From an uncultured Clostridia bacterium (GTDB taxonomy: Bacteria > Bacillota > Clostridia > TANB77 > CAG-508), in NCBI GenBank assembly GCA_947630065.1, contig CANRGE010000004.1, forward strand, positions 9,149 to 73,148: a stretch of DNA of 64,000 bases, given 5' to 3'. Positions 27,563 to 37,061 of the stretch are shown one piece after another; position 1 is the stretch's first letter; each line of letters begins with the position of its first letter. Under the pieces are notes generated by a model. It saw only the letters and a list, made by a program, of their open reading frames with translations, was not told the DNA's origin and did no database searches. Position numbers and translations under genes: made by a program.

Positions 27563-29272
27563 TTAATATTTTTTAACTTTTATTACCATTCCTAATGTTA
27601 ATATAGATAACATTGCTACAGTTAAAATAGTATTACTATCTCCTGTTTTTGGAACATCATCTAATGCTGCTGTTTGCGCTGAAGAAGATGTTGTAGTTGC
27701 TTTTACTGCAACAATAAATGGTGATAATTCAGATGTAGTTATTGTAACTTTTCCATTTTTAACTTTATCTTCAAATTTTTCTATTGAAGCATCACCTTTT
27801 TCATGTAATATTACTACTTCTTTTCCTTCATACGCACTATCTACAGTAAATGTTATTGTTATTTGTCCTGCATATTCTCCTTCTTTAATAGAAATTTCAT
27901 ATGCTCCTATAACATTATATCCTTCTAATCCATTTATCATTGTTCTATATGTTTCTGATGTTGTAAGTATTGTTTGTACATCCAATTCAGCTTTTTCTTG
28001 TGCATCTGTTGTTACTTGTATAGATGTTTTTTCATCTTTGAATGTTTCTTTTCCCATTTCTTTTCCTGTAGAATCATAATATACAAATTTAATATTTCTT
28101 GCTTCTGCAAATGATGCTGGTGTTGTTCGTACATATCCATAGAATGTTAACTTTGCCAAATTGCATTCATCAAAACAATCTTCTGGTATTACTATTTCCG
28201 CATTAGACCAATATACATCTGTTAAGTTTGCATTTGAAGAAAATGCTCTAGAATATATAGTGCGAACTGAATTTGGTATCTCTATTTTTTTAAGATTAGT
28301 ACAACTCTCAAAAGCACATGCTCCAATTGTTTTAACTCTATTTGGTATTGTTATTTTTTCTGTTAAAGGACATCCTAGAAAAGCTCCTCCTCCAATTGTC
28401 TCTAATTTTTCTGGTAATACTACATTTGTTAAAGAGTAACAACCAGAAAACATATAACTAGATATTTCAACTATTGAATTTGGTATTTTTACTTCAGTAA
28501 GATTTTTCATACCTGAGAATGCAAAACTTCCTATTTTTGTAACTGTTTCTGGTATTTCTAATTTTTTCAATCCTGTATTTTGAAATGCATAGTCTCCTAT
28601 TTCTGATAATTTTTCTGGAAATTGTACAGTTGTTAATGATTTACATCCATCAAATGCATATCCTTCAATTTTTGTTACATTTTGTGGGATAACTATACTT
28701 GTTAATGCTTCGCAATATTTGAAAGTTGCTTCTTTTATTGTTGTTAATGCTTCAGGTATTGTTATTGATTTTAATGATATACAATTATAAAATGCACAAG
28801 AATTAATTTCTGTAACTGATTTTGGTATATTTATTTCTTCTAGTGCTTCACATTGCCAGAAAGCATGGTCTCCTATTGTTGTTATTGTTTCAGGTAAGAC
28901 TATTTTTGTAATTCCTTTTGCTTTTGCAAATGCATAATCATCTATTTTTGTTACTGGTAATCCATTTATTTCTGCTGGTACTGTGAATGTTCCTTTTAAT
29001 ACTGGTTCCTTAGTTGTTGGGTCTACAGCCATGTTTGCTGAAAATATTACTACTTTTCCATCTTGTACATAATATTCTAATGAAGGGTACATTTCATCTG
29101 CTCCTTCTATTGAATATGTTTGTATTCCTAATGTTTGTATTTGTTCTGTTGTTAAGTTTGGTTTGTTATAATAAGTAAATACATAATTGGCATTTACACT
29201 ACTTGATACTAATAGTGCTACTAAAAATGCTATTACAAATAGTAAAATTTGAACTTTTTTTAAATTTTTCAT
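27563..29272 (-). CDS. Leucine-rich-repeat (BspA-like) surface protein with a VPKTG sorting signal
   Basis: Signal peptide from ATG 29272. Roughly 22-24-aa LRR units (..IPxSVTxIGxxAFxxCxxL..). The C-terminus has VPKTGD, a TM helix and KVKKY. Confidence 0.85.
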   Translation of the reverse strand: MKNLKKVQILLFVIAFLVALLVSSSVNANYVFTYYNKPNLTTEQIQTLGIQTYSIEGADEMYPSLEYYVQDGKVVIFSANMAVDPTTKEPVLKGTFTVPAEINGLPVTKIDDYAFAKAKGITKIVLPETITTIGDHAFWQCEALEEINIPKSVTEINSCAFYNCISLKSITIPEALTTIKEATFKYCEALTSIVIPQNVTKIEGYAFDGCKSLTTVQFPEKLSEIGDYAFQNTGLKKLEIPETVTKIGSFAFSGMKNLTEVKIPNSIVEISSYMFSGCYSLTNVVLPEKLETIGGGAFLGCPLTEKITIPNRVKTIGACAFESCTNLKKIEIPNSVRTIYSRAFSSNANLTDVYWSNAEIVIPEDCFDECNLAKLTFYGYVRTTPASFAEARNIKFVYYDSTGKEMGKETFKDEKTSIQVTTDAQEKAELDVQTILTTSETYRTMINGLEGYNVIGAYEISIKEGEYAGQITITFTVDSAYEGKEVVILHEKGDASIEKFEDKVKNGKVTITTSELSPFIVAVKATTTSSSAQTAALDDVPKTGDSNTILTVAMLSILTLGMVIKVKKY

Positions 29273-29440
29273 TTTTAAAACATTCCTTTCTTTGGTGTAT
29301 ATCACCTGTAATTAATTTATAAGCATCCATAATGCCTATGACTTTTTTATTTTATCACTATGGTTTAATTTGTCAATAATTTTAAAAATTTTTTTCATCT
29401 TTTTATATTGAATTTTTAAAAATATATTAAACTTACTTTT

Positions 29441-29477
29441 TTGTATAACAGGAAAGTTCTACTCTACTGTCATACAA
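29441..29477. repeat. Diverged solo copy of hairpin 3
   Basis: TTGTATAACAGGAAAGTTCTACTCTACTGTCATACAA compared with TATATAATAGGAAAGTTCTACTTTCCTATTATATA. Confidence 0.5.
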
Positions 29478-29506
29478 AAAGAAGCGATAACAAATCGCTT
29501 CTTTTT
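29476..29506. terminator. Bidirectional terminator
   Basis: AAAAAGAAGCGAT-aacaa-ATCGCTTCTTTTT. Confidence 0.8.
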
Positions 29507-29517
29507 GTGAAAAATCA

Positions 29518-30213
29518 TTATAAAATTTCTAATAATTGTTTTATTTCAGAAATTTCATAAGTAGGAACAATATTAGGAAAATCTTTTTTGTTTAAGTTTC
29601 TTGTATTAAACCACACAGATTTAATTCCTGCATTATTTGCCATTTTAATATCTGTTGTTAAAGAATCTCCTATCATAATAAATTTGGATTTTTCCTCATT
29701 TTTTATGATTCTTTCAATGTTTGCTACATTGGGTTTAAAATACGCACCATCACAGCAGAAAATATCATTGAATAATTCCATATATCCGCCTTTTCTTAAG
29801 TATATTATTTGCTGAGCATAAAACCAATCTGTTAATCCATACTGAATGTATCCTCTTTTTGCACATTCTTCTACTACTTTTTTACTGTTTGTATAGAAAT
29901 CAATTTTATCATTTGAAATCCAAACTTCTAAAAATTGCTCTCCTGTAATATTATATTGTTTTATAAAAGTAAGATTCTCTTCTATGCATTTTATCATTAC
30001 ATCTTTGGTTATTACTCTGTCTTGCAAATATGTTGTGTAATTTAAAGAAAATTTTTGAAATTGTTTCATGTATTCTTCTGTGTATGGTATTTGCAATTTA
30101 GAAATAAGTCTTCTAAATTCCCGCAAATGATTGTGTCCCCATAATGTCCAGTCAAAATCCCAAATTAGTACTTCAACTTCTTCTAGCCGTTTTGCATTAA
30201 TTGCTCCTTTCAT
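29518..30213 (-). CDS. HAD-superfamily hydrolase (putative)
   Basis: LIWDFDWTLW (DxD motif I) and MIGDSLTTDI (motif IV-like). Confidence 0.6.
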   Translation of the reverse strand: MKGAINAKRLEEVEVLIWDFDWTLWGHNHLREFRRLISKLQIPYTEEYMKQFQKFSLNYTTYLQDRVITKDVMIKCIEENLTFIKQYNITGEQFLEVWISNDKIDFYTNSKKVVEECAKRGYIQYGLTDWFYAQQIIYLRKGGYMELFNDIFCCDGAYFKPNVANIERIIKNEEKSKFIMIGDSLTTDIKMANNAGIKSVWFNTRNLNKKDFPNIVPTYEISEIKQLLEIL

Positions 30214-30391
30214 TTTTCTACCTCCATTTTTTGGTATATTTTTATAAAGGTTCTAATGGCATTATTATATATGAATTTTATGTTAATGTCAATTATGTAA
30301 AACATTTTATTCATAAACTTTTTTATTAATAATTTTTCATTTTTTGTAAATAATATCTATATATTGTTAAAATATGCAAACGGAGGTTATT

Positions 30392-32110
30392 GTGAATAAT
30401 AATATAAAACAATTTTTTAAAAAGTTATTTGAATATAAAGATTCTACTCCATATAATTTTACTTTACCCGAAACACAAGAAGAAAAATCAGAATTAAATA
30501 CTTTTTCTAATTTTCCTCCAGAAGAAGCTAACACTCCTAATAATTCAGAGGCAAAAGAAGTTTTTCCAACTCTTAGTGTTAATATGGAAATAATAAAAAG
30601 TAGATATAATACATTAATAAATAGTGATATTATTATAAGGAGTTTTTCTTTGACTGCTAGAGATAAAGAATATAGTGCATTTCTTTTATATATAGATGGT
30701 ATGATTGATGCTACTAGTGTTAATCATTTTGTTCTTGATCCTTTAATGCTTAGAAATACTGCTAATACTTATAAAGATAGTAATATTGTAGAAACTAGAA
30801 CTGCTATTAGTAATAATATTGTTTTAAAAAAAGTTAAAAAATTTAATCTTGCTGATTATATTTATAAACATTTAGTTCCTCAAAACAGTGTAAAGAAACT
30901 AACAGAATTTGACGAAATTGCTTCTAGTGTAAATTCTGGCAATTGTGTTTTATTTGTAGATACTTTAAATATTGTCTTTGATATAGATGCAAAAGGATTT
31001 AAACAAAGAAGTGTTGACAAACCTGATAATGAAATTGTAATTAGAGGACCTCATGAAGCTTTTGTTGAAGCTATTAGAACTAACACTTCTTTACTACGTA
31101 GAATTGTTAATAATGAAAAACTAATTATAGAGAATTTAGAAATAGGTGAACTTAGTCAAACTAAATGTGCAGTTTGTTATATGGAAAATATTGCAAATTC
31201 TGATTTAGTTGCAGAGGTAAAATACAGACTAAACAATATTAATATAGATTATCTTACTTCTGCTGGTCAGTTAGAACAGTTAATAGAAGATAATGGAAAA
31301 GTTAGTCTACCTCAGTTAATTGCCACAGAAAGACCTGATAAAGCAAGTAATTATTTATTAGAAGGTAGAGTTATTATATTATTAAATGGTTCTCCTTATG
31401 CTTTAATTGCTCCTGGTACATTTTTAGATTTTCTATCTTCTCCAGAAGATTATAATTTAAAATATAAATTTTCTAATTTTTTAAAAATGTTACGTATTTT
31501 AGCTGTTCTTATAACATTATTATTACCTGGATTATATGTTGCAATTACTAATTTTCATCAAGAATTTATCCCTACTGAACTTCTATTTTCTATTGTAGCA
31601 TCAAGAGAAGCAGTTCCTTTTCCTATATTTTTCGAATTACTTATAATGGAAATTTCTTTTGAATTGATTAGAGAAGCTGGACTTAGAGTACCTTCCCCTA
31701 TTGGTCCAACTATTGGTATTGTTGGCGCTTTAGTATTAGGTCAAGCTGCTGTAGATGCAAGTATAGTTAGTCCTATTTTAATAATAATTGTTGCTATAAC
31801 AGCTATTGCTTCTTTTGCGATTCCAGATTTTTCTTTAGGTTTTCATTGTAGAATTGCTAGATTTTCGTATGTAATTTTAGGATATTTGTTTGGTTTTTTA
31901 GGTATTGCAATTACTTTTTCTATTCATGCTATTATTCTATGTTCACTAAAATCTTTTGGTGTGCCTTATTTACAACCATTTGTCCCAGTAACTAAAAACT
32001 TTAAGGGTATTCTTCTTTCTCCTCCTTGGAAAAGAGAAAATAGAGCAGATTTTCTAAATGTAAAAAGGCAAAAAAGACAAGATAATATTAGTATGAAATG
32101 GAAAACCTAA
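30392..32110 (+). CDS. Spore germination receptor subunit A (GerA family)
   Basis: GerA-family core (IRGPHEAFVEAIRTNTSLLRR) and C-terminal TM helices. GTG at 30392 lies 6 nt after GGAGG; the alternative ATG is at 30374. Confidence 0.85.
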   Translation: MNNNIKQFFKKLFEYKDSTPYNFTLPETQEEKSELNTFSNFPPEEANTPNNSEAKEVFPTLSVNMEIIKSRYNTLINSDIIIRSFSLTARDKEYSAFLLYIDGMIDATSVNHFVLDPLMLRNTANTYKDSNIVETRTAISNNIVLKKVKKFNLADYIYKHLVPQNSVKKLTEFDEIASSVNSGNCVLFVDTLNIVFDIDAKGFKQRSVDKPDNEIVIRGPHEAFVEAIRTNTSLLRRIVNNEKLIIENLEIGELSQTKCAVCYMENIANSDLVAEVKYRLNNINIDYLTSAGQLEQLIEDNGKVSLPQLIATERPDKASNYLLEGRVIILLNGSPYALIAPGTFLDFLSSPEDYNLKYKFSNFLKMLRILAVLITLLLPGLYVAITNFHQEFIPTELLFSIVASREAVPFPIFFELLIMEISFELIREAGLRVPSPIGPTIGIVGALVLGQAAVDASIVSPILIIIVAITAIASFAIPDFSLGFHCRIARFSYVILGYLFGFLGIAITFSIHAIILCSLKSFGVPYLQPFVPVTKNFKGILLSPPWKRENRADFLNVKRQKRQDNISMKWKT

Positions 32111-32153
32111 AATTTATGTAATATAGCTAAAGTATTAATCAGGTAGAAAGGAT

Positions 32154-33278
32154 TTGAAATTGTATATGGATTATTACAAAATTGGAAAGGTTGAAGCAAT
32201 TGCTTTAATTTTAATATTAATGCTAAATAGATTAATATTAACTTTACCGAAAAATATGTATTTATTAACTGGTAATTCAATTCTTATTAATGCTGTTTGG
32301 GTAATATTTTTAATGTTTCTTTTTGTTTTTTTGCTTATAAAAATCTCAAAAAAATTTGTAGGACAAGATTTAATAGATATAGCTGAATTTGTTGGTGGTA
32401 AATTTTTAAAAGTTATTATTTCTACTGCATATATTGTATTTTTTGTTAGTATTTCTGGAATAATTCTTAGGGATTTTGTTGAAGGTATTAAAATATTGTA
32501 TTATTCACAAATCCCAACATGGTTATTAGCTAGTCTTATATTAGTTATACCTGTTGTTGCAAATTTGCATGGTGGAAATTCTGTAATAAAATTTAATTCA
32601 ATTATTGTTTTTATTACTTTAATTAGCTTATTAGTTATTTTAATAAGTTCAACTACAACATATGTTCCTCAAAAATTTTTTCCTATTTTAGGAAATGGTA
32701 TAAATGAAACTTTTTTTGAAGGTGCTACTAATATTTATGCTTTTTCAGGATTTTGCTTTTTGTTTTTTGTTATGCCTCTTTTAAAGTCATCTAAAGATTT
32801 TAAAAAAATTGGAATAATATCAACTATTATAGGTAGTATATATTTATTTTTCACACTTGCTAGTTTGTTATTTTCTTTTTCAAGCTTAGTATCTGTTTAT
32901 GAAATATCTCCTATTTATTTGATAATGCGCTCTACTGATTTTGGTATATTTTTCCAACGACCTGATGCTATATTTGTTTTCACATGGATATTAACATTAA
33001 TGTCGTATTTAAGTGTTGTTATTATGTTTACAAGTATCATCTTTAAAAAAATTACAAATATTAAAACTACTAAATATCTTCCATATATTCTTGTTTCTTT
33101 AATACTTATTATTTGCTTAATTCCTTCTAATTTAGCACAAATTAAAACTCTTGAAGATACTTATTATAGATATTTTAATGTTGTTTTAGTATTTATTATA
33201 TCTCCAATAATTTTAGTTATTGCTAATTTTAAAAAAAGGAAATCAATGGAGGGTGCTAAAATTGAAAAAAATTTATAA
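32154..33278 (+). CDS. Spore germination receptor subunit B (GerAB-type permease)
   Basis: About 10 TM helices and the second position in the ger operon. The start is uncertain (TTG 32154 or 32160, or ATG 32166). Confidence 0.8.
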   Translation: MKLYMDYYKIGKVEAIALILILMLNRLILTLPKNMYLLTGNSILINAVWVIFLMFLFVFLLIKISKKFVGQDLIDIAEFVGGKFLKVIISTAYIVFFVSISGIILRDFVEGIKILYYSQIPTWLLASLILVIPVVANLHGGNSVIKFNSIIVFITLISLLVILISSTTTYVPQKFFPILGNGINETFFEGATNIYAFSGFCFLFFVMPLLKSSKDFKKIGIISTIIGSIYLFFTLASLLFSFSSLVSVYEISPIYLIMRSTDFGIFFQRPDAIFVFTWILTLMSYLSVVIMFTSIIFKKITNIKTTKYLPYILVSLILIICLIPSNLAQIKTLEDTYYRYFNVVLVFIISPIILVIANFKKRKSMEGAKIEKNL

Positions 33279-34500
33279 AAAATATTTTATTTTATTTATT
33301 ATATTAACCCTAATTTGTTTCAATCTTTCTGGTTGTTATAATATAAATAATATTGATAAACTAGCCTATGTAATAGCAATTGGATTAGATGTTGGTGAAA
33401 GTAATATTTTAAAATTAAGCTTTCAAATTTCCGCTTTAGGTAATAGTTCTGGTGGAGATGGTCCTCAATCTGATAATCCTATAGTTAATACTGTTGAGTG
33501 TTCTTCTATTGATAGTGGAATTAGTATAATTAATAGTTATTTAAGTGCTGAAATTAATTTATCTCATTGTAAAGCTATAGTTATTTCAGAAGAATTTGCA
33601 AGTAAACCTATTTCTAAATATATTTATACTTTGCTTAATAATATTCAAGTACGACCTGATACAAATATAATAATTACTAAATGTGATGTTGCAACTTTTT
33701 TTGAACATTCAAAACCAGAACTAGAGAGTATGGCTGCAAAATATTATGAAACTGTTCCTACTTCTAGTGATTATACAGCATATACTCAAGATATAAAATT
33801 AAATGACTTTTTCTCTGCACTAAATAGCACATATGAAAACCCTATTGCAATATTAGGTGGTGTTAACAATAATGCTTCAAATTCTACTAATAATTCTTCT
33901 GATACTCCTAATTTTGAAAAAGATAATTCTTCTACTTCTGGAAATAGTAATATAGATTCAAGTGGTCATATTGAAACAATTGGACTTGCTGTTTTTAAAG
34001 AAGATGTTTTAGTTGGAGAACTCACAGCACTTGAAACATTATGCCATTTGATTACTATTGGAAAAATTGATAGATGCAATATAAATATTCCTAGTCCATT
34101 TATTGAAGGAGAAACTGTAACTTTAAGTTTAAAGCAAAAACATTCTCCTAAAATTACAGCTGAATTTATAAATGACAGTCCATATATTCGTGTTGAGCCT
34201 TCTTTTGAAGCTAGATTACTAACAGTTAATGAAAATGAAACCGAATTAGATGCAGAAAGTTTAAAACAATTAGAAGATTATGCAACATCATATTTAAATT
34301 CACAAATTTCTAATTATTTATATAAAACATCTAGAACTTTTAAATCTGATATAGATGGTTTTGGAAAATATTTTTTGAAGAATTTTGTATTTTGGAATGA
34401 TTGGATTAGTTTTGATTGGAATTCTAATTTTGAAAATACATTTTTTAAGGTAGATACTAATGTTAATGTTATTTCTAGTCTATTACTAATGCAATCGTAA
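33262..34500 (+). CDS. Spore germination receptor subunit C (Ger(x)C lipoprotein)
   Basis: TTG at 33262 follows GGAGGG. It has the lipobox LSGC. It overlaps the end of subunit B. Confidence 0.8.
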   Translation: MKKIYKKYFILFIILTLICFNLSGCYNINNIDKLAYVIAIGLDVGESNILKLSFQISALGNSSGGDGPQSDNPIVNTVECSSIDSGISIINSYLSAEINLSHCKAIVISEEFASKPISKYIYTLLNNIQVRPDTNIIITKCDVATFFEHSKPELESMAAKYYETVPTSSDYTAYTQDIKLNDFFSALNSTYENPIAILGGVNNNASNSTNNSSDTPNFEKDNSSTSGNSNIDSSGHIETIGLAVFKEDVLVGELTALETLCHLITIGKIDRCNINIPSPFIEGETVTLSLKQKHSPKITAEFINDSPYIRVEPSFEARLLTVNENETELDAESLKQLEDYATSYLNSQISNYLYKTSRTFKSDIDGFGKYFLKNFVFWNDWISFDWNSNFENTFFKVDTNVNVISSLLLMQS

Positions 34501-34521
34501 GTTTTTAGAAAGGTGATTAAT

Positions 34522-34689
34522 TTGAAATTTTTGATTATTTTGATTTCAATATATTTTTTTAGAGAGGTTTTTGCGTATGCTCTATTTGAATATAACACAC
34601 AAAAAAATAAAACAGCAGGAATTATTCTTATAATTCTTGCTGTAGTATGCCTAATAGGTCCTCCATTTATGGTATTTTGGAAATATTAA
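34522..34689 (+). CDS. Small two-TM membrane ORF (55 aa) trailing the ger operon
   Basis: TTG at 34522 lies 6 nt after AAAGGTGA. Sequence is MKFLIILISIYFF...GIILIILAVVCLIGPPFMVFWKY. It is too short to appear in the ORF track. Confidence 0.4.
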   Translation: MKFLIILISIYFFREVFAYALFEYNTQKNKTAGIILIILAVVCLIGPPFMVFWKY

Positions 34690-35552
34690 ATAACTACATC
34701 TCTTTTTAACCTACCATTATTAATAGTGGCTAAACCTATAAATTGATTATTTGAATATATCTTATATACTCCGTCTTGTTCATTTTTTGCTAGTTTTACG
34801 CCATTTAAAAACATTTGTAATTCGTTTTGCTTTAAATTAATATTTCCATTTTTTTCAAATATATCTTCTATTTTTATTAAACTTTTTTCTATAACTTCCT
34901 TACTTTCTTTTTGTAGTTGTTCTACGCTAATGCATTTATTTATATTGAATTGTCCTACTTGTATTCTTTCTAATTCTTGCATTGTACCAACTGTATTTAA
35001 TTTTTCTGCAACATCTTCGCATAATGTTCTTATATATGTTCCTTTAGAGCAATTTACTATAAAACTTATTTGTTTATTCTCTTTATTAATATTTTGCAAA
35101 GTTATATCATATATTTCTATATTTCTTGGTTCTATTTGTATTGTAGCTCCTTTTCTTGCGTATTCGTACAATTTTTTGCCATTTAATTTTATTGCTGAAT
35201 ACATAGGTGGTATTTGCTGTATTTTTCCTACAAATTGTTTTAAAACTTCTTCTACATTTTCTTTTTCTAAACATTCTATATTTACATTTTTTTCTTCTAG
35301 AATATTCCCTGTTACATCTCCTGTATCTGTTTTAATTCCTAACTTAAGAGTTGCTTTATAAATTTTATCATGATTTATTAAATATTTAGAAATTTTAGTT
35401 GCTTTTCCTATTAATAAAGGTAACACACCAGTTGCATTAGGATCTAATGTTCCTGTATGTCCTACTTTTTCGTTTAATGTTTTTTTAGTTATTGCTACTA
35501 TATCATGTGATGTATAGTTTTTTGGTTTATTCATCAATATAATTCCATCCAT
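34686..35552 (-). CDS. truB: tRNA pseudouridine(55) synthase
   Basis: GHTGTLDPNATGVLPLLIGKATK catalytic motif. Located in the nusA-infB operon context. Confidence 0.92.
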   Translation of the reverse strand: MDGIILMNKPKNYTSHDIVAITKKTLNEKVGHTGTLDPNATGVLPLLIGKATKISKYLINHDKIYKATLKLGIKTDTGDVTGNILEEKNVNIECLEKENVEEVLKQFVGKIQQIPPMYSAIKLNGKKLYEYARKGATIQIEPRNIEIYDITLQNINKENKQISFIVNCSKGTYIRTLCEDVAEKLNTVGTMQELERIQVGQFNINKCISVEQLQKESKEVIEKSLIKIEDIFEKNGNINLKQNELQMFLNGVKLAKNEQDGVYKIYSNNQFIGLATINNGRLKRDVVI

Positions 35553-35564
35553 ATATAACAATTC

Positions 35565-36515
35565 CTATTTTAAATAATTTTTTATTTCATTAATAATTCT
35601 TACTTTTACTTCTTCTAGTGGTGCATATATTACACAGCCAGCTGCTCTCATATGTCCTCCACCGCCAAACATTAAACACACATCTGAAACATTTACATAT
35701 GTATTTGACCTTAAAGATGCTTTAAAGCCTTGTTCACATTCACGAAGAAATACTGATACTTCTACTCCTTCTACACATCTTCCTATGTCTACTAATCCTT
35801 CATGGTCTCCTGTTTTTGCATTTACTTCTTCTTCATCTTTTTTTGTTATATAAGAAAATGCAATTTTAGAATCTTCTAAAAATTCCATTCTTTCCATAAC
35901 TCTTTTTGTTAATTCAAAATTTGGTTTTGTTTTAACTTCTAATACCTTTTTGTATACGTCTGCTACATTTACACCCATAGCTAATAATTCCGATGTAAAC
36001 TCAAATGTTTCTGAGGATGTTCCTGGATATTTAAATCCTCCTGTATCTGTAATTATTCCAGTTAAAAGGCATGTACCTATTTGTATATCTATTTCTATAT
36101 TTAAAAATTCTAAAACTGTTATAAGAATTTGGCAACATGCTGGAGCATCAGGATTTACAAAATTATAATCTGCAAACATTGTATTACTTCCGTGATGGTC
36201 AATATTTATTGTAACTTTCGCATCTTCAAAATATTTTGCAAATCCATTTAATCTTTTTATATCTCCACAGTCTAATGCTATTGCTAAATCATATTCTTCT
36301 TTTTTTCCTTCCTTTTGCATTTTATCTGCATTTGGTAAAAAATTATAAACAGAAGAATATTCTGGCACTATCATATCAACATTCTTATTAATTTTTAATA
36401 AAGAATTATACATTGCTAGTATACTTCCAATTGCGTCTCCGTCTGGGCTTTCATGAGTTAATAATACTATATTTTTTGCTTTTTGTATTTCTTCCTTTAT
36501 ATTGTCTAAAGTCAT
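35565..36515 (-). CDS. nrnA: DHH/DHHA1 phosphoesterase (NrnA-like)
   Basis: The DHH region (HESPDGDAIGS, INIDHH) and the DHHA1 GGGGHMRAAG motif. Confidence 0.8.
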   Translation of the reverse strand: MTLDNIKEEIQKAKNIVLLTHESPDGDAIGSILAMYNSLLKINKNVDMIVPEYSSVYNFLPNADKMQKEGKKEEYDLAIALDCGDIKRLNGFAKYFEDAKVTINIDHHGSNTMFADYNFVNPDAPACCQILITVLEFLNIEIDIQIGTCLLTGIITDTGGFKYPGTSSETFEFTSELLAMGVNVADVYKKVLEVKTKPNFELTKRVMERMEFLEDSKIAFSYITKKDEEEVNAKTGDHEGLVDIGRCVEGVEVSVFLRECEQGFKASLRSNTYVNVSDVCLMFGGGGHMRAAGCVIYAPLEEVKVRIINEIKNYLK

Positions 36516-36547
36516 ATGTTTAAAGAATAAAAATTTCTTTTTATTCT

Positions 36548-36907
36548 CTATTCCCCCCTTTTCTCTTTTAATTCTCTTATTATTGAATCTATTTTTGCTC
36601 CGTATTCCATTGAGTCATCTATTTCAAAAATCAATTCAGGTGTTATTCTTAAATTAATTCTTTTTGCTATTTCACTTCTAATATAACCTGCTGATTTTTT
36701 TAAATTTTCAAATGTTTCTTTAAGATTTTTTGAATTTAAAATACTTACATATACTTTTGCGTATTTTAAATCAGGTGTTATTTTTGCTTTAGTTACACTT
36801 ATTAATCCTGTAATATTAGGATTATTTAATTCATAACTAATTATATGACTTATTTCTTTTTTTAATTCTTCATTAATCCTTTCAAATCTTGGATTATTCT
36901 TTGGCAT
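36548..36907 (-). CDS. rbfA: Ribosome-binding factor A
   Basis: 119 aa (RINEELKKEISHII...AKVYVS), immediately downstream of infB. Confidence 0.9.
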   Translation of the reverse strand: MPKNNPRFERINEELKKEISHIISYELNNPNITGLISVTKAKITPDLKYAKVYVSILNSKNLKETFENLKKSAGYIRSEIAKRINLRITPELIFEIDDSMEYGAKIDSIIRELKEKRGE

Positions 36908-36940
36908 AATTTCATTCCTTTCTAATGTACAATTATAGTT

Positions 36941-37057
36941 AAAAAAGAATTAGTGTAGTGCTAGGCAGACAAGACAAAATTTCTTAAGATTTACAGTTTT
37001 TATCCTCTAAAAAATTTTGTCCGTAGTCTAACAACTTAAATATGCTAATTCTTTTTT
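36941..37057 (-). repeat. Palindromic intergenic element, family 2, copy 2
   Basis: Matches the reverse complement of 19983..20098 along both arms. Confidence 0.8.
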
Positions 37058-37061
37058 AACG

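Noticed and set aside
34314-34598. Minus-strand 94-aa ORF at the end of the ger operon
   Set aside because: It overlaps the gerC-type gene on the opposite strand, has no SD and has an odd composition. The plus-strand small membrane ORF is more plausible.
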